Shown here one piece after another: positions 58,968 through 64,000 of a stretch of 64,000 nt of DNA (positions are counted from its first letter, which is position 1; each line of letters begins with the position of its first letter). Source of the stretch: Albugo candida (Eukaryota); assembly GCA_040437565.1 (NCBI GenBank), contig JBDOQK010000063.1:62001-126000 (forward strand). The letters run 5' to 3'. A program made the translations under genes and the position numbers. The notes below the pieces were generated by a model. The model was not told where the DNA came from, searched no databases, and was given only the letters and a program-made list of their open reading frames with translations.

Positions 58968-61900
58968 CTGCCGATATGAGAGTTGTGTGTTTTCTACTGA
59001 TTTGTCGAAATGTGACTGAGAATTGAGCCAATTGCTCGCGACATTGTAATTGTGTTGTGAGAAGTGATACAAAAGCCAAACAGAGTCTTTACACGTCGAT
59101 ACGTGAGGTTCATTTGAGCGTGGGATTGATACGTTTGATACATTCTCCACCTCAGTACGTTGTGTGATCTTCATGCAAGTCGGACGGACGTCATACAGCA
59201 TTTTATGCAGTGTATTTTGTCTGCCTGACTGAGATCTGATACATTAGCGTGCGAACGAGTTGGCTCCAATTTCATAAGTTTATAAGAAAAGGTGTATGGT
59301 ATCGATAGGATCTCGTTCTCATTCCATCACATCAAACGATTTTATGAGCTGTCAAGCAGCAACGTTTTGACAGTCGTAATTTGCAACATCCTACGGAAAG
59401 ACTTGGGGGCGTATCGCATTGTATGACGGCTTTGGCCTGAAAAATCTTTGTATTCACCACAATGACGATGTTGTACGATCACTAAGAACTTGCTCGGTAC
59501 TCGGGCGGCGAAAGACGAGGGAACACAGTGCCACAAATGATAATAACAATCAGTTCAGCGCACAAAATTACTCTAGTACACAGAAGTCGTGGAATTTGAA
59601 CTCTCGGTAGGGTGATTCGGTTCTCAGAGCTGTGGGAACAATATGCCTATACATCTGTCAGTAACGAGTTCTGACCATCGACGTGTATCGACAAACTGCT
59701 CGATGGCTCTACTTTTAGGTATGACTTTCGAATTGATAGCAGGAGGGATGTGAAATTCTTCAACAGCACGTTTAATTGCTATCAATGGCAGTAGCGTCCT
59801 TCGTCATTTCCAGCTTATTTGTGGCTGTGATTTTTCAAAAGACAGCCCAAGGCTTTTATTGCTACGATATGNNNNNNNNNNNNNNNNNNNNNNNNNNNNN
59901 NNNNNNNNNNNNNNNNNNNNNNNNNNNNNNNNNNNNNNNNNNNNNNNNNNNNNNNNNNNNNNNNNNNNNNNAAGTACAATTCCGTACAGTTGGATACTTT
60001 CTGTTGATTTTTAACTTGCCTGGGAGACTTTGCTATTTGTAAATGAATCTTACGACCGAACACGTGCAACGTGTTGCATTCTCATTCCTTCAGCGACTAT
60101 TCTCAGATGCAACGTGTGATGTACTCTTTGATAGACATTTGAGAGTTTGTATCGTCCACGACAATATCCATACTACCAGCGTAATGCAGCAACGCATTGC
60201 GACCACATCGTGAACGATATCCTTATATATGCCAAAGTAATTATGCCAGGACACAGCGTCCACTCGGTAAGTAGAGATTAAAATAAGAACATCCAGCATT
60301 CCCTGACTAAAGCGTAGCCCTTCATGCGCCTGTCAAGTGAGCATCTGCACGTTGAATACATGCTTTACCTCATCCGGTTCGCATGGACGTCATCGGATGT
60401 CTTTTTGATAGTAGGATAATGGACGGGTCGACCAAATATGGTGCATTAGTATGAGATTGTTCACAAAGGAATAACGACTCTCAGATCTGAAAATCGCCTG
60501 CTGCCTAGAAGCCGTTGTTCATAGCCTATTTGGTCAAATTTGCTGTGTTGCGATGATTTTGCGAATTCGTACATCGAAGTATCCTCGCTTCTATTCTCAT
60601 CTCTTAACCAAAAAAAAAGAAGCATTTCTCCTACTTTGTAGACTTGATATACGACATATGGCTATCTTCAAAGGCGATGTCGCGCAGACGGAGCGCACAC
60701 GTTGGAAAGCGTTAAATTCAAGTTAAAAGTCCGCGAGAAACCGTGAGTGGTGTGGATAGGATGTTTGGCTCATTTTATAATGTCAAGCGTCTTGTAATTT
60801 TCAGAGTGAGGGACAACTTGAGAAGCCCCACTTTGCAACATTTTACACAAATACTACTCAAGTGTTCAGCATTGCAGGACCAAGCTTTGATGAAACCAGA
60901 AGAGTATTTGGCTTCACTAAAATGATAATCTGAATCAGTTTAGTGCAAAAGCTTACTAAAGTACAAAGAATACGTGACATTTGACCTCTAAGTACTGGTT
61001 TTCAAATTGTCAGCAGATGGACGTGGCATCCTTACTGCATACGTTCGTATAATTGCTTTTAAAAGGATTGCTTTCGCTTATATCTTCACTTCGAAACTCA
61101 TTGTTGTCATCCGAATGCTTTTGTTGTTGCAATATGATTTGACTTGCAATTTCGGTCTAAAGGTAACATCGACTCTATTGTTTATGTTCACTGTTCAGAT
61201 CGCTGATCCCCTTACTCAAGTTGGGAACGATGAAACCAGAGACAGCACGTCGCACTAAGTTATTCAATTGCTTAATTATGACACAGAATAAAATCCGCAT
61301 AACAAATAGAAGTGACATTATATTACAAATTCTCCTGATTTGACGGCGTAAATCTCTTCGTTTTGGTGATACAACCATAGCATACGATCCTCTGATGGTT
61401 TGCCGCTCCTCACCTTTCCAGAAAACTTGCCTTATTGCACGTATGCATCTCCGTAAATGACGTTCCTGTTCGATATCACCTTATTATACCTTGATAAAGC
61501 GCTATGATTGGTTTCGTGCCTCTTTGATGCTGGACATAGCGTATTGAGATGAGTACTTGCGCTAAGTAGTAGGATTGCTTGCTAAGTGCATGGATACCCG
61601 TTGCGTTCCATATCATGTACCTTCTGTGACTGCTTTATTTTTAGATGTCGAGCAAAGCTTCTTGCGTTACGATTTGTGCATTTTTGTGTAAGGAACCCCG
61701 TGCGAACGCACAAGCGAAGAATCACTCCTTTTCGAGCGTTTCGCTACGAGCGTATGCGGTATATATCAAAGGCGAGGTGCATCGGTGCGTTCTGACTTTC
61801 TATACAATCTTCGCTTGCAAAAGTAAATTATTTTTGATGTTAGAGTATGCAAATTGAACGAATGAATATACAAACTTACAAGAGGATCGTTCCACCGTAC

Positions 61901-62054
61901 CGCAATCAAGAAATATGGACAAAATATGCAGAGAAAAAGAGAAAGCAAATTTGTGGAGCTAAAGATGGTACATGTATTGAATAGAAAAAGCTATGCGACC
62001 AAAGAGGAAGAGAAAAGCGCTGCTTCCGGTTTTAAGCATTTTTTTGGCTGCATC

Positions 62055-62579
62055 TTACTTCTTCGACGGCCCAGGTTTCTGCTTCGGATCTACCTTAAGC
62101 GTACATTGGTGGGTCACAAACATGCCAAAGACATTGAGAAAAAAGCGATGAGGAATTGGGTAATTTTTCTCATTGTTCGAGTATTGATGAATGTTACTCC
62201 ATTTTGCTGGTACATCCTTCGCCATACTCTTGTAAATCGCATCAGCGGAAGCCTGTTGTAATTCCGCTGGCGGGGTAGATTGAATGTATGCTTTTGCTGC
62301 ATTGGCAAGACCTTCAGATGACAGCTTATCCAGTGGAATTTTTTCATTTGGGCGCTTTAGTAATGCTTTCTCGACTATCGTCTTAATTGCCTTCTGAAGT
62401 AGCCCAGTACACTCCTTATTTGATAAATTATCATCGGGGCATTTGTTCTTGAATTCATATATCACATCTTTAAACTCGGTGCATTTCGCTTCATTGAACT
62501 TAATGTTGATGTCTCCAGACATGGCTTGCTGGATATCGACAAGGATGAGTGTGACAGCTAGGAGCTTGGCAATGGTCAT
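62055..62579 (-). CDS. Small secreted protein with 4 Cys, candidate effector
   Basis: 174 aa from ATG 62579. Signal-like MTIAKLLAVTLILVDIQQAMSG. Intronless, isolated in gene-poor DNA, no recognised domain. Confidence 0.7.
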   Translation of the reverse strand: MTIAKLLAVTLILVDIQQAMSGDINIKFNEAKCTEFKDVIYEFKNKCPDDNLSNKECTGLLQKAIKTIVEKALLKRPNEKIPLDKLSSEGLANAAKAYIQSTPPAELQQASADAIYKSMAKDVPAKWSNIHQYSNNEKNYPIPHRFFLNVFGMFVTHQCTLKVDPKQKPGPSKK

Positions 62580-63252
62580 TGTGAAGTTGTCGGAAGCCGG
62601 TAAATTGGAAAGTGTTTCATGTGATGATTTTTGGATCATTATGTATAGACAGCAGCCTTTTTACCTTCCATGACGAAGTCAAGCCGCGCTTCTCCAGCTA
62701 TTATCTGTACACACTATCGTTTTGTACTCATTCTCATCAGTGACGATAATGGGGTGAAAATTGAGTCCTACTTACCTCTACGTGTTAAACTCCGTCCTGA
62801 TTTCCACCCCAGAAAAACCATATGATGCTCTGTAGAGTACTGAATGATGCGTTGTCTTACGTATTATTCACGTACAAGATCCAATTCTTTTTCGTGATGA
62901 CGGGACCTTTTGTTCATTTGAACGCCCTCATGACTTTTTATTTCACTGACCGAAAGGATAAGAATATGCAAACATGAAAAGTGTAAAAGTCATGACATTG
63001 ACAGCATTTTACTCGTTCATTGCGACTCCTTTTCTTATGTGTCATACCAAAAGCCTACGTCATACATCTTTTTTCATTACCAAATAACACATTTTTCCAC
63101 TTCAAAGTCTGATATGACATCAAGCAAAGTCGATCTCCTAAGTCTCCTCTCTGCCAATCGCATGTTTGGATCACACGATGTGCTTCTCCCAGCTATTTCA
63201 TTTATGTGATATTCATCTGATCCTCTTCCAACCCAAAACTCCATTACATCAT

Positions 63253-64000
63253 TCATACTATTTGTAATCCATTCGATCGCTTGAGACTGTTTAGAGCTTC
63301 CAAACACGTTCGAGCTTGTTCCTTGANNNNNNNNNNNNNNNNNNNNNNNNNNNNNNNNNNNNNNNNNNNNNNNNNNNNNNNNNNNNNNNNNNNNNNNNNN
63401 NNNNNNNNNNNNNNNNNNNNNNNNNNTCATTGGGAATCAAATTGCATATCGTTTCTGTCGCCGCACGACGTACTAATTCGTGATCTGAAAATTGGAGATA
63501 CTGAATTGTCGATAATGCGTGTGGCTCACTCACAATTCGATTCTTTGTCTCCTCCGATACACTCGCAATATTTGTCAGAGCCATTAGAGCTTCAAAATGA
63601 ATCAATTGACTGTCACTTTTACATACTTCCAATAGCGGACGAATCGAAGAAAATAAGCTTGATACTGGTAATAGATTCGGATTCGTTGTGATGAGAATTT
63701 TCGCCATTGCTTGCGCCGCTGCATTTGATATCGGAGTTGCGACGTTTGATCGGTTCTCGGAAGCATTACCTTTTTTATTGTTCGCCAAAGAGTGACTGAG
63801 AAGTGCTTGATACACTCCAGACTGAACCAATTGGCCCCGAGATTCCGTCACTTGTGCAATGGACAACACGCTCAAAATGGACAATTCGATTACATTGTTT
63901 GATTGTTTGGATGTGAATTTTAAAAGCTGAAAGAGAGTTGGCAACACTTTGGGACACTTTAGAAGCACTTTGACACGGGCTGTGACTTGTGTTGGTGAAT
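63253..64000 (-). CDS. UNC45: UNC-45/UCS-domain myosin chaperone, C-terminal part, continues beyond the window
   Basis: AAQAMAKILITTNPNL, IRPLL, FEALMALTNIAS and IQYLQFSDHELVRRAATETICNL. The probable end after the gap is KEQARTCLEALNSLKRSNGLQIV*. Confidence 0.9.

Noticed and set aside
59200-62000. Numerous 60-110 aa ORFs
   Set aside because: Mostly non-ATG starts, overlapping on both strands, with no motifs. Consistent with random ORFs or very old relics.

Overview
This is eukaryotic nuclear DNA from a draft scaffold with many 100-N gaps. It is most likely an oomycete of the genus Albugo, inferred from a secreted protein with the CHxC/CCG motif, oomycete Inr-FPR core promoters, short 45-60 nt GT-AG introns and very tight gene packing. 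Gene-dense housekeeping blocks occupy about 1-6 kb (CFAP20, ARL6/BBS3, ankyrin-DHHC palmitoyltransferase, ERICH3-N-like protein, ISCU, ARMC7), about 20-32 kb (second ISCU, PIG-L, Sds3-like, GBP with CaaX, RMND1/DUF155-like, LOA1-like, SRP68, MTR3, lipoyl synthase) and about 52.7-59 kb (tyrosine phosphatase, GH5 glucanase, SMIM13-like). A partial UNC-45 runs off the right end. Two accessory zones lie between these blocks. The first (about 7-17.4 kb) is a mosaic of broken fragments of unrelated conserved genes (ING fused to RPB7, SAHH, TXNDC9/Plp1), a decayed acidic repeat protein and a frameshifted secreted aspartic-protease-like gene. The second (about 32.5-52.5 kb) is gene-sparse and rich in transposons: an intact multi-module CCG effector, a Tc1 remnant with TIRs, a MULE remnant, two LINE remnants, back-to-back tRNA-derived heads and a TIR element with a near-perfect 8-bp TSD. 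Ten gaps are flanked by duplicated sequence that is best read as unmerged contig overlap, so several chimeric ORFs in the track are artefacts. I cannot show an undescribed system from sequence alone. The best leads are the five-module CCG effector, the pseudogene mosaic and the divergent tRNA-derived pair. All family assignments come from motif recognition, not database searches.
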